Under the pieces are notes generated by a model. The model was not told where the DNA came from, did no database searches, and saw nothing but the letters and a program-made list of their open reading frames with translations. A stretch of DNA of 32,000 bases from an uncultured bacterium (lineage in GTDB: Bacteria > Patescibacteriota > Gracilibacteria > UBA1369 > PNNO01): NCBI GenBank assembly GCA_963704705.1, contig OY969931.1:1230001-1262000 (forward strand). The letters run 5' to 3'. Numbering within the stretch: the stretch's first letter is position 1; each line of letters begins with the position of its first letter. Both the position numbers and the translations under genes were made by a program. Shown one piece after another: positions 1 through 8,005 of this stretch.

Positions 1-440
1 CCATAAATGCATGAAACAGAAGCAACAATCAAAACGTCATTGCGCGTAAGCAGGTTTTTTGTTGCCTGATGCCGAAATTTATCTATTTCTTCATTGATCG
101 AAGAATCTTTCTCAATATATGTATCGGTAGCGGGCATATAAGCTTCAGGCTGGTAATAATCGTAATATGAAACAAAGTAGCTAATTGCGTTTTCAGGGAA
201 AAACTCCTGAAACTCACTACAAAGCTGTGCGGTTAATGTTTTATTGTGAGCGATTATAAGTGTGGGTTTTTGAATTTGCTGAACAAGATTGGCCATTACA
301 AAAGTTTTGCCTGTGCCTGTTGCGCCAAGTAAGACCTGGTGTTTCTTACCTTGATTAATCCCTTCAACAAGCTTACTTATTGCTTCGGGCTGATCTCCGG
401 TTGGCTTAAAATCCGATACTAATTTGAATTTCTTATTCAT
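1..440 (-). CDS. uvrB: Excinuclease ABC subunit B, N-terminal part (continues beyond the left edge)
   Basis: Reverse-strand reading from ATG at 438-440 gives [147 protein letters not shown], with the hallmark UvrB Walker A (GATGTGKT) and [10 protein letters not shown] motifs. Confidence 0.97.
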   Translation of the reverse strand, partial: MNKKFKLVSDFKPTGDQPEAISKLVEGINQGKKHQVLLGATGTGKTFVMANLVQQIQKPTLIIAHNKTLTAQLCSEFQEFFPENAISYFVSYYDYYQPEAYMPATDTYIEKDSSINEEIDKFRHQATKNLLTRNDVLIVASVSCIY

Positions 441-507
441 AGCTAAGATATTTTACCAGAAAAGCGAAAGTCTGCAACTATTTAAGGAATAAATCAAGTT
501 AAGTTTG

Positions 508-536
508 TTGCGTAAAAAAATTCAAAACAGGATAAT
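508..536 (+). promoter_or_regulatory. Putative sigma-70-like promoter (TTGCGT N17 GATAAT)
   Basis: TTGCGT at 508-513, 17-nt spacer, GATAAT at 531-536. ATG follows at 543, so the transcript may be leaderless. Confidence 0.4.
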
Positions 537-542
537 AAAATC

Positions 543-1082
543 ATGAAAAAGTTCCTCTCTTATTCACTTATCGCCACAGTGCTTATCGTCGTAATCGGCG
601 TATTGTTTATTTTTGGAACATTTGATTTAAATATGGGGCAGACAAACACAATAGGTTCGGGTCAGGGTCCAATTGATTTCGTAAAAACACATAATGAAAT
701 TGTTGATGCAATTCATGATTTAGCGATATCATCCACAAATATTAAAAATTTTTATAATGAAATGACTCCTGAAAGTGACCTGAATAATTTAAGAAGTCAG
801 ATACAAACAATTAATGATAAAAAAGATAAATTAAAATCGATTTTAGGGAATGAGAATTTTAAAAAACAACAGTCCAAAACAGCTGATTTATTTGAAAAAG
901 AATATTTGCCGGCAATTGAAACTCTCTGCAACACTTACCTTAAAGCAATATCTTACTTTGAAGAAAAAGAATACACGCAGGAATCCATTGATTCATTCAA
1001 AGGCGTGCTAAATGCATCTGAACAAAAACTTCAGGATGCCCACAATAATTTTGTAGATGACCTCAATTCACACAAACACTAA
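543..1082 (+). CDS. Hypothetical protein with N-terminal membrane anchor and helical extracytoplasmic region
   Basis: Intact 179-aa ORF; N-terminus MKKFLSYSLIATVLIVVIGVLFIFGTF looks like a signal anchor; lysine/glutamate-rich helical remainder. Confidence 0.75.
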   Translation: MKKFLSYSLIATVLIVVIGVLFIFGTFDLNMGQTNTIGSGQGPIDFVKTHNEIVDAIHDLAISSTNIKNFYNEMTPESDLNNLRSQIQTINDKKDKLKSILGNENFKKQQSKTADLFEKEYLPAIETLCNTYLKAISYFEEKEYTQESIDSFKGVLNASEQKLQDAHNNFVDDLNSHKH

Positions 1083-3164
1083 TTAGAAATAATTATTTCC
1101 GGCATTCCACAAAGCATAGCCTTTTGCTCCTTCGTCGTATGCTGCTTTAACCTGTTCGTCTACATACCACTGACCATAATTGCTCACTCGCCATGCAAAA
1201 GCCTGCAGCCATGGCCTTACAGCTGTTTTTGTTCCTTCTAAATATTTATTAAATAAAGATAAGCTCTCCTGAACAAAATAATAAGGTTCATCACCTGGAT
1301 TGGCAAAACCCGCAAAGCCCGGACCAAAATGTGAAGGGTAAACCATCGGATAAACAACATCGATATAAGGTCCTAAACATCCCATTTTTTGACCTGTAGA
1401 CTGCGAATCATATTCGTTATTCCAGACAATCACTCCGTAAACATCCATAGAAAGCTTGGATTCGTAAGGCTTTAATCTGTCGTGTACGCGCGCAATAAAA
1501 TTTCTGATTACTTCATATTTTTCTGTTGTGGTTTCATCAAAATTGTATGCCGTACTGCTTACAGGCCCCAGAGTCGGAAAGCGAATATAATCAAATTGAA
1601 TTTCATCAACGCCGGCCTTAGCGAGATCTTCAACCAAATTTAAAATATAATTTTGTGTTTCTTCATTTGAAGGATCAACCCAGACCACGCCTTCCTGATT
1701 AGACCATGGTCCCCCGTTTACACTTTGAACAGCCAAATCAGGCCTTGCTGTAGCCAAATTTATATCTTTAAAAGCAACAAGTCGTGCAGCAAGATAAATG
1801 CCTTTGTCATGCCAGTATCTAACATAATTTTCAAGATTCGGATAAAGAATTTTATCCTGAGCATTAGTGTCGTGCGCTAATTGAGCTGTTGTAGGAAAAT
1901 AAACCTGACCATCAATTTCTTTAACATCAAAAATCACAAGCTGGCCGCCTTTTTCTTTTAATTGATCAGCCAAAATCGGCCCCTGATTTGAACTGGCTGT
2001 ATACGCCGTAAAATAAATTCCCCATGGGTCATCGACATTAATTGTCTGTTTAACTAAAAATTTTGGAATATCCGGAATTTCAATTTCATCTCCGGATTCA
2101 AAATTACTTTCGGGATTAGCAGCTATTATCGCATTTTGAAAGTCGGCAATTCTATAGTGACGCGAGTAATCAAAAAACTTTTCAGCGATCGAACCCGGTT
2201 CATCACCTGAGATTGTGTAGTAAAATTTGCCGTCTTTATATTTTAAATCTTTCGGAGGCACATTGACTTTTATCTTTTCCGCCTTATATTTGAGCCATTT
2301 CCAGGCTGTTGAACTAAAAGAATTTCGCTGGATTTCAAATGGTTTACATTTTTGATAAGGATATTTTATTATCGGTTCAAGCGGATCTCCAACCTTATAA
2401 GGTTTAAATGTTTCCTGTACTTCTGACTTTGCTGTTTCGTTTGGCTGTCTTTTAAAATGCCTTAACCATTCATCATCAATGGCCTGAATTCTCGGAATTC
2501 TGTAAGGATCAAATTTTTCATTATTTGGAAGATATGTTGCATCAGCCCCAACCAAAAACGCTGCTTTAATATGTTTTGCCAATGTCTCCATATTTTCCTC
2601 TTTCGGCACAAGGCCGTTTGGATAAGCCAAATAATCAAATTTCATTCCCAAATATTCTTCGATTTCAGTTAAAGTGGACTCGAGTTGTTCAGCTGTTACT
2701 GAATCAAGATTTTCATGACCATATGTGTGACTTTCAATCTGCCTGCCAGTATCAATCAAATATTGAAGCTGATCCTTATCGAATCCATAAGGAAGTACAA
2801 AAAAAGTTGCAGCGCTGCCAAAATCAGGATGATCTTTTAAAAATTCATCCATTATTTCAGCTGCTTTTATTTGATATTTGCTGGAATCATCAAAAGTGAT
2901 AATAACCGGTTTCATGCCTTCTTCAACCCCTTTAAAATCCAGGTTCATGAACTGGTCAATTGTAATGGCCCTATAATCGTTGTTATAAAGCCATTCCAAA
3001 TCGCCCCTAAACTTATCAAATGAGCGTGTCCATCGGCTATCCACTTCACCAAAATTGTGATATTCGAGTATAGGAATACGCGGCGGTTTCTCTTCATCCT
3101 GCGCTAGCGCGGTTTGAGGAAAAACCAAAATCAAAGCTATAAGAAAGGCTAATATTCTTTTCAT
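1083..3164 (-). CDS. Secreted polysaccharide deacetylase (NodB-like) fused to a C-terminal DUF4015-like putative glycoside hydrolase domain
   Basis: Track ORF is 1083..3203, but ATG at 3162-3164 starts a clean signal peptide (MKRILAFLIALILVFPQTALA). NodB-like segment RIPILEYHNFG...PVIITFDDSSKY...SHTYGHENL; LysM-like middle (YYTISGDEPGSIAEKFF...IPDIP); C-terminal GIYFTAYTA...LVIFDVKEIDGQVYFPT...YLAARLVAFKD...WVDPSNEETQNYILNLVEDLAKAGVDEIQFDYIRFP...VYGVIVWN...PMVYPSHFGPGF typical of DUF4015-type glycosidase domains. Confidence 0.85.
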   Translation of the reverse strand: MKRILAFLIALILVFPQTALAQDEEKPPRIPILEYHNFGEVDSRWTRSFDKFRGDLEWLYNNDYRAITIDQFMNLDFKGVEEGMKPVIITFDDSSKYQIKAAEIMDEFLKDHPDFGSAATFFVLPYGFDKDQLQYLIDTGRQIESHTYGHENLDSVTAEQLESTLTEIEEYLGMKFDYLAYPNGLVPKEENMETLAKHIKAAFLVGADATYLPNNEKFDPYRIPRIQAIDDEWLRHFKRQPNETAKSEVQETFKPYKVGDPLEPIIKYPYQKCKPFEIQRNSFSSTAWKWLKYKAEKIKVNVPPKDLKYKDGKFYYTISGDEPGSIAEKFFDYSRHYRIADFQNAIIAANPESNFESGDEIEIPDIPKFLVKQTINVDDPWGIYFTAYTASSNQGPILADQLKEKGGQLVIFDVKEIDGQVYFPTTAQLAHDTNAQDKILYPNLENYVRYWHDKGIYLAARLVAFKDINLATARPDLAVQSVNGGPWSNQEGVVWVDPSNEETQNYILNLVEDLAKAGVDEIQFDYIRFPTLGPVSSTAYNFDETTTEKYEVIRNFIARVHDRLKPYESKLSMDVYGVIVWNNEYDSQSTGQKMGCLGPYIDVVYPMVYPSHFGPGFAGFANPGDEPYYFVQESLSLFNKYLEGTKTAVRPWLQAFAWRVSNYGQWYVDEQVKAAYDEGAKGYALWNAGNNYF

Positions 3165-3220
3165 GGTAGCCTGAATTTTATAAGAAGGCGCAAGCAAATG
3201 CAAGGTGTGCTTAAAATTAA

Positions 3221-3249
3221 TTGAATTTAAAATGAAATCATGATATTCT
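3221..3249 (+). promoter_or_regulatory. Putative promoter of the AbrB/RelE-like pair (TTGAAT N17 TATTCT)
   Basis: -35-like box at 3221-3226 and -10-like box at 3244-3249 with a 17-nt spacer, about 30 nt before the ATG at 3279. Confidence 0.45.
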
Positions 3250-3278
3250 TATTGTAAGAATTCCTTACTTTCTTATAT

Positions 3279-3518
3279 ATGAATACTAAAATTGTAAAAA
3301 CAACCTCAAAAGGACAAATTACTTTACCTCAAAAATGGCGAAATCAGTTTAAAACCGAGAACTTTATCCTTGAAATGCATAACGAAAAAATCATAGTGAC
3401 GCCAATCGTGATAAAGCCGTCAACTACAGACGAAGTGGTTGTTTTTGATGCTGAAAGGGATAACGATGGCAAAGGCGTTTCTGTTGATGAAATGATTAAA
3501 TTACTTAAAAAGCTTTAA
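3279..3518 (+). CDS. AbrB/SpoVT/MazE-type DNA-binding antitoxin-like protein
   Basis: 79 aa; N-terminus MNTKIVKTTSKGQITLPQKWRNQFKTENFILEMHNEKIIVTPI matches the swapped-hairpin AbrB fold signature. Confidence 0.8.
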   Translation: MNTKIVKTTSKGQITLPQKWRNQFKTENFILEMHNEKIIVTPIVIKPSTTDEVVVFDAERDNDGKGVSVDEMIKLLKKL

Positions 3519-3760
3519 TGGATAAAATTAAAAAATTCTTACAAAAACTCACCAAAAAAGAAAAAGAAGCTTTTATTTTGTTAATGATTCAAATTAAAAA
3601 AGATTACAAAAAAATACCTAATATAAAAAAAATAAAAGGTAAAAAGGATTATTTCAGAATCAGATTGGGCAAATACAGAATAATTTTTTCAACAAAAAAC
3701 CAGCCAATAGAAATTATAAGAATTACAAAGCGAAACGAGAGTACTTATAGCGACCTCTAA
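3518..3760 (+). CDS. RelE/ParE-superfamily toxin-like protein
   Basis: 80 aa; ...IPNIKKIKGKKDYFRIRLGKYRIIFSTKNQPIEIIRITKRNESTY matches the RelE/ParE core. TAATG overlap with the upstream antitoxin gene. Confidence 0.8.
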   Translation: MDKIKKFLQKLTKKEKEAFILLMIQIKKDYKKIPNIKKIKGKKDYFRIRLGKYRIIFSTKNQPIEIIRITKRNESTYSDL

Positions 3761-4410
3761 GCTCCTTCATAACCTTCTCCCTGAGTTCCCCTTAGTAAAT
3801 CAATGGCCTGCCTTCTGTCTTTGGCTCCGAAAATATAAGAACCTGCAATTAATACATTTGCTCCGGCCATTTCGCACTTTCTTCCGGTTTCGTCGTTAAT
3901 GCCGCCATCAACAGCGATATCAAGTTCAGGAGATTTTTCGCGCAGCCATTTAATTTTATCAAGCGCGCTATTCATAAAACCCTGGCCACCAAAACCCGGC
4001 TCAACACTCATAATCAAAACCCAATCCAGTTCTTCCAAATATTCTTCCAAAACTTCAACTTTTGTATCGGGCTTGATTGAGACACCTGCACGCATATTGT
4101 TTTCTTTTATTTTAGCCAATAATCCGTGCAAGTCTTTTGCGGCTTCGTAGTGGACAGTCAAAACATTAGCGCCTGCCTTGGCGAAATCCTCAATAAAATT
4201 TTCGGGATTTGAAATCATCAAATGAACATCAAGCGGCAATTTGGTTTTTATACATTTAACAACAGGGGCACCAAATGTTAAATTCGGTACAAAATGTCCG
4301 TCCATAACGTCCACGTGAATAAAATCGGCGTGTTCTTCAACTGTTTTAATATCATCGTTCAAACAGCCGAAATCAGCTGAAAGAATTGATGGTGATATTT
4401 TGATGTCCAT
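3757..4410 (-). CDS. rpe: Ribulose-phosphate 3-epimerase
   Basis: MDIKISPSILSADFGCLNDDIKTVEEHADFIHVDVMDGHFVPNLTFGAPVV...VDGGINDETG...GSYIFG: canonical Rpe motifs. Confidence 0.96.
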   Translation of the reverse strand: MDIKISPSILSADFGCLNDDIKTVEEHADFIHVDVMDGHFVPNLTFGAPVVKCIKTKLPLDVHLMISNPENFIEDFAKAGANVLTVHYEAAKDLHGLLAKIKENNMRAGVSIKPDTKVEVLEEYLEELDWVLIMSVEPGFGGQGFMNSALDKIKWLREKSPELDIAVDGGINDETGRKCEMAGANVLIAGSYIFGAKDRRQAIDLLRGTQGEGYEGA

Positions 4411-4425
4411 TAGAGATGAGCGTTA

Positions 4426-4502
4426 GCGAGTCTCTCGCGAGCCACAGCGGAACCAAGTGAAGCTGTTAGTCGCGAGCGTAGCATGAGCCCCGCTAAGCGG
4501 GG
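4426..4502. repeat. GC-rich intergenic cluster of three inverted repeats between rpiB and rpe
   Basis: GCGAG-TCT-CTCGC (4426-4438), ACAGC...GCTGT (4444-4466), CCCCGC-TAA-GCGGGG (centred 4488-4502), in a ~105-nt spacer that is more GC-rich than its surroundings. Confidence 0.5.
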
Positions 4503-4515
4503 TGAATTCTTTAAA

Positions 4516-4950
4516 TTATACGTCAAATTTTTCAATACGTCTTTTGTGTCTTTCATCAGGATCAGGCTGGGTATTCAAAAATTTATCGAGAATTTCAAGA
4601 GCGAGTTTTTCTTCAGTAGTTCTTTCACCAAGACAAAGAACATTTGCGTAATTGTGACGTCGTGACATTTCAGCAAGTTCAATGTTTGTGCAAAGAGCTG
4701 CACGAACCGTTTTATGCCTGTTCAAAGCCATAGCACTTCCCTGACCTGTCCCGCAAATCATAACTCCCATAGCATCCTGATTTTCCTGAATTTTTTCAGC
4801 AACTTCACGGGCGATATCAGAATAATCAACAGGATCATCGGGGCTGTAAGAACCCAGATCAATAACTTTATATCCATTTTCTTCAAGGTGTTTTTTTACA
4901 GCTTGTTTCAGGTTGTAACCTGCATGGTCGGATCCAACATAAATATCCAT
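4516..4950 (-). CDS. rpiB: Ribose-5-phosphate isomerase B
   Basis: MDIYVGSDHAGYNLKQAVKKHLEENGYKVIDLGSYSPDDPVDYSDIA...GVMICGTGQGSAMALNRHKTVRAALC. Confidence 0.95.
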   Translation of the reverse strand: MDIYVGSDHAGYNLKQAVKKHLEENGYKVIDLGSYSPDDPVDYSDIAREVAEKIQENQDAMGVMICGTGQGSAMALNRHKTVRAALCTNIELAEMSRRHNYANVLCLGERTTEEKLALEILDKFLNTQPDPDERHKRRIEKFDV

Positions 4951-4962
4951 AGCAATAGTGTG

Positions 4963-5910
4963 TTAATTTTTAAATACAGACGTTACTGATTTTGAATCAT
5001 GTACGTTTTTAATAATTTTAGCCAATAATGGCGCAATTGATAATACTTTAAGGCCTTTAAAATATTTTTCTTTTGGTACCGGAATAGAATTTGTTACAAC
5101 AACTTCTTTAAATCCGGCTTTCTCAAGACGTTTTGAAGCAGGGTCAGAGAAAACTGCATGTGTAGCCGCAAGATAAATATCTTTATGAGCTCCGCCTTTG
5201 CGTAATGCTTCAGCCGCATTTACAACACTCCCGCCGGTATCAATCATGTCATCAAAAATAATACATGTTCTGCCTTCAACATTACCTACAAGATGCATGA
5301 CTTCTGATTGATTCGCTCTTGGTCTTGATTTATGGATAATTGCAAGTTCGGCATTAAGTGCGTCAGCGAATTTTTTTGCGTCTTTTGCTCCTCCGGCATC
5401 AGGTGAAACGACTGTCATATTCTTTAATTTTTTCTTTTTAAAATAATCCGCAAAGAATTTTTTCGTGTAAAGATTATCAACCGGGAAATCGAAAAATCCC
5501 TGTTCCTGGTCAGAATGCAGAACCATTGTAATAAGATGATCTGCGCCAGCAGCTGAAATAAGATCAGCAACCAGTTTTGCTGAAATGGGTTCACGCGGAG
5601 TAGCCACGCGATCCTGCCTTGCATATGGATAATGCGGCATTATCACATGAATTTTATTAGAGAAAGATCGTTTGAAAGAATCAAGCATCACAAATAATTC
5701 CATTAGATCTTCGTTCACATTGTGCGTGCCGGTTTGTACAACATATACATCAGACCCTCTTACAGTACAGCTTGGTTTTGCGTAAATTTCACCACATGCA
5801 AAACGTGAAATTTCCATAGGACACATCTTAACTTTAAGATATTTGGCAATTTCCGCTGCCAGCTGAGGATGAGACGTTCCTGAAAAAAGTTGTAAAGGGT
5901 GATTAGCCAT
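4963..5910 (-). CDS. prs: Ribose-phosphate pyrophosphokinase
   Basis: 315 aa with LQLFSGTSHPQLAAEIAKYL...VVQTGTHNVNEDLMELFVMLDSFKR...IHVIMPHYPYARQDR...VVSPDAGGAKDAKKFAD...CIIFDDMIDTGGSVVNAAEAL. Confidence 0.96.
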   Translation of the reverse strand: MANHPLQLFSGTSHPQLAAEIAKYLKVKMCPMEISRFACGEIYAKPSCTVRGSDVYVVQTGTHNVNEDLMELFVMLDSFKRSFSNKIHVIMPHYPYARQDRVATPREPISAKLVADLISAAGADHLITMVLHSDQEQGFFDFPVDNLYTKKFFADYFKKKKLKNMTVVSPDAGGAKDAKKFADALNAELAIIHKSRPRANQSEVMHLVGNVEGRTCIIFDDMIDTGGSVVNAAEALRKGGAHKDIYLAATHAVFSDPASKRLEKAGFKEVVVTNSIPVPKEKYFKGLKVLSIAPLLAKIIKNVHDSKSVTSVFKN

Positions 5911-5984
5911 AATATTTTGGTGTTAGCAGGTTTTATTATAGAGATCTAAGCTGGATTGTTTAATTGTTAATGCAAGAAAAGGTG

Positions 5985-6013
5985 TTGACAGCTTATGTTA
6001 TGTGTTGTAAATT
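5985..6013 (+). promoter_or_regulatory. Putative promoter (TTGACA N17 TAAATT)
   Basis: Consensus -35 TTGACA at 5985-5990, 17-nt spacer, weak -10 at 6008-6013, ATG at 6046. Confidence 0.45.
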
Positions 6014-6045
6014 AAACTCTCGGAATATAATTAACTAAATTAAAT

Positions 6046-6480
6046 ATGGAAAAACAAGAATTTGCCGATTCAAAAGCAACCGAGCATATAAATATAATTC
6101 GAAAAGGTTCCCCTGTTGATTACAAAGGCAAAACATGGATTATCAGAAATATCAGAAACAATGAAGTGGATCTTGTTGATCCAATGGATCCGGTTAAAAT
6201 TGCCGAAGGAATACCAATACATGAAATACAGAAAAATCCACAAGAAATACAAAGAGCCTCATATGAGGACACTCCTGGGGCAATTCTTAATTCTATTAGT
6301 GAACCGATTCAGCAAGCAACAACAGCAATATTAAATCCGGATTATCAATTCAGCAAACAAGGTGAAACTTTTGAAGAAGCGGCCAGAATGACTCCAGGGC
6401 AAATTCCTGAACATGTGAAACAAGGTTTGGAAAACGGTTATCACTGGATAACATATTCGCATCCTAACGATGTAAACTAG
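6046..6480 (+). CDS. Hypothetical protein
   Basis: Intact 144-aa ORF in an otherwise unoccupied region, preceded by a promoter-like sequence; no family recognised. Confidence 0.7.
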   Translation: MEKQEFADSKATEHINIIRKGSPVDYKGKTWIIRNIRNNEVDLVDPMDPVKIAEGIPIHEIQKNPQEIQRASYEDTPGAILNSISEPIQQATTAILNPDYQFSKQGETFEEAARMTPGQIPEHVKQGLENGYHWITYSHPNDVN

Positions 6481-7424
6481 ATTTTAAATTTCTCCAAAAT
6501 TCTCTCATATACGCCCTCACTATCCAGGGCGTATTTTTTATATAAATCAGCCGGCTTACCGGATTCACCAAATTTTTCCATGCCGATTTTATGAACACGT
6601 GTAGGGAATTTTTCAGTTACAAGTTCGGCAACAGCGCTGCCAAGCCCGCCAATTGTACCGTGATCTTCCAAGGTTACAATCATTTTTGTTTTCTTTGCGC
6701 AATCAAGAACAAGCTTTTCATCAAGCGGTTTAATTGAAGACATATTCACAACCATTGCTCTTAAGCCTTTTTCTTTTTCAAGAAGCTTCGCAACTTCCAT
6801 AGCGATATGAACCATTGTCCCGGTTGCAATTAAACTTATATCCTCGCCAAAATTCAAAATGTCACCATAGCCTATTCTAAAATTATGCTCGTTTGAATAA
6901 ACAACAGGCACATCCAAATGCCCGAGCCTTAAATAAGTGGGCCCAAAATCCTTCATCATTTCTTCTACAGCATAAAAAGTTTCAACTGCATCAGCAGGTG
7001 AAATTACTTTCATATTTGGAATAGCACGCATAATAGCAATATCTTCAAGTGCCTGGAAAATCGCGCCTTCTTCGCCAGTTAAAATACCCGCGTGTGTACC
7101 CACCAATTTAACATTCAAATTCGGAAGGCAAATGCTGTTTCGAATATGTTCCCAAGGCTTGCCGGTAATAAAAATAGCGTGTCCGGTTGCAAAAGGGATT
7201 TTAGCGCGCGCTGCAAATCCCGCAGCAGTATTCACCATATTCGCTTCCGCGTTACCAAAATTAAAATGCCTGTCAGGGTATAAATTCTCGAATTTTCCGG
7301 TTTTAGCATCAATGCTTGTATCAGCATTCATCACAACAACCTTTTTGTTCCTGCCTCCAAAAGCCGCAATAGCCTCAGAAAAAGCATCTAAAGTTGAAAC
7401 TCTGTCTCCTTTTACAAACTGCAT
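6477..7424 (-). CDS. Transketolase, C-terminal (pyrimidine-binding plus C-terminal) subunit
   Basis: 315 aa: RVSTLDAFSEAIAAFGGRNKKVVVMNADTS...FPDRHFNFGNAEANMVNTAAGFA-like region...FITGKPWEHIRNSI...GTHAGILTGEEGAIFQALEDIAIMRAIPNMKVISPAD...VTLEDHGTIGGLGSAVAE. Lacks the TPP-binding N-terminal half. Confidence 0.93.
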   Translation of the reverse strand: MQFVKGDRVSTLDAFSEAIAAFGGRNKKVVVMNADTSIDAKTGKFENLYPDRHFNFGNAEANMVNTAAGFAARAKIPFATGHAIFITGKPWEHIRNSICLPNLNVKLVGTHAGILTGEEGAIFQALEDIAIMRAIPNMKVISPADAVETFYAVEEMMKDFGPTYLRLGHLDVPVVYSNEHNFRIGYGDILNFGEDISLIATGTMVHIAMEVAKLLEKEKGLRAMVVNMSSIKPLDEKLVLDCAKKTKMIVTLEDHGTIGGLGSAVAELVTEKFPTRVHKIGMEKFGESGKPADLYKKYALDSEGVYERILEKFKI

Positions 7425-7448
7425 AAAAAAGCATTAATCAGTGCTAAT

Positions 7449-7478
7449 TTAATAGCATTAATATGCGGTTTTGGTCAA
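7449..7478 (-). promoter_or_regulatory. Putative promoter of the transketolase C-terminal subunit gene (TTGACC N18 TATTAA)
   Basis: Reverse-strand TTGACC (7473-7478), 18-nt spacer, TATTAA (7449-7454), ATG at 7424. Confidence 0.4.
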
Positions 7479-7535
7479 GTGGCAAGTGCTTGCCCGGCAA
7501 AGGGGCAAAAGGGGGAAATTGAGAAATGGCGGGAA

Positions 7536-7889
7536 TTAGGGGTGGGAGTCGGTGGGTTTGGGGAAGAGTGTGAGAATTTCCCGGAGTGTGATCCAGAAGT
7601 CGAAGAAGCAGTTTTCAGTGATTTCGTCGGGCAATGTGTAGCCCATGTTGAGGAATGGCTGAAGCTTTTTCTTCGCTCCGTATTCGGCAAGACATGCAAT
7701 GTCCTGCCAGAACTTCTTGAAACTGAGCTGTCCGCGATGCTGATGCAGCCACTCTAAGACTATCGAAAGCATCTTGTATTCTTCGTCGGTTACGCTGATC
7801 ACCCTTGCCCACTGCAGTCCAAGCTCGATTGCAAAGACCTTAGCCTTTTCCAGATACTGGTCTTCATTAGACAAAGTGTGTCCCTCCAT
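7536..7889 (-). CDS. Hypothetical protein
   Basis: 117-aa ORF with a plausible globular composition (MEGHTLSNEDQYLEKAKVFAIELGLQWARVISVTDEEYKMLSIVLEWLHQHRGQLSFKKFWQDIACLAEYG...) and visibly higher GC than neighbours. Overlapping + strand ORFs look less protein-like. Confidence 0.5.
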   Translation of the reverse strand: MEGHTLSNEDQYLEKAKVFAIELGLQWARVISVTDEEYKMLSIVLEWLHQHRGQLSFKKFWQDIACLAEYGAKKKLQPFLNMGYTLPDEITENCFFDFWITLREILTLFPKPTDSHP

Positions 7890-8005
7890 TTCTCAATGGT
7901 CAGCGCCATTGAATTTCAAAGCTATCCCCTTAAGTGAGGATGCCTAAAATAATACGTTGAGCGCGAAACTAAAAGGATTTTAGCGTAATTTTCATAAAAA
8001 TCAAA

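Noticed and set aside
2576-2899. Plus-strand 107-aa ORF
   Set aside because: Antisense shadow of the strongly supported deacetylase/DUF4015 gene; composition not protein-like.
4714-4989. Plus-strand ORFs over rpiB (4483..4665, 4714..4989) and 3899..4150 over rpe
   Set aside because: Antisense to confidently identified rpe/rpiB; no independent evidence.
7475-7812. Alternative ORFs 7475..7699 (-), 7479..7757 (+) and 7615..7812 (+)
   Set aside because: Overlap the more plausible 7536..7889 minus-strand ORF; low-complexity composition.
7960-8005. CTAAAA-GGA-TTTTAG as a terminator after the giant surface gene
   Set aside because: Only a short AT-only stem without a convincing following T-run on the minus strand; too weak to list.
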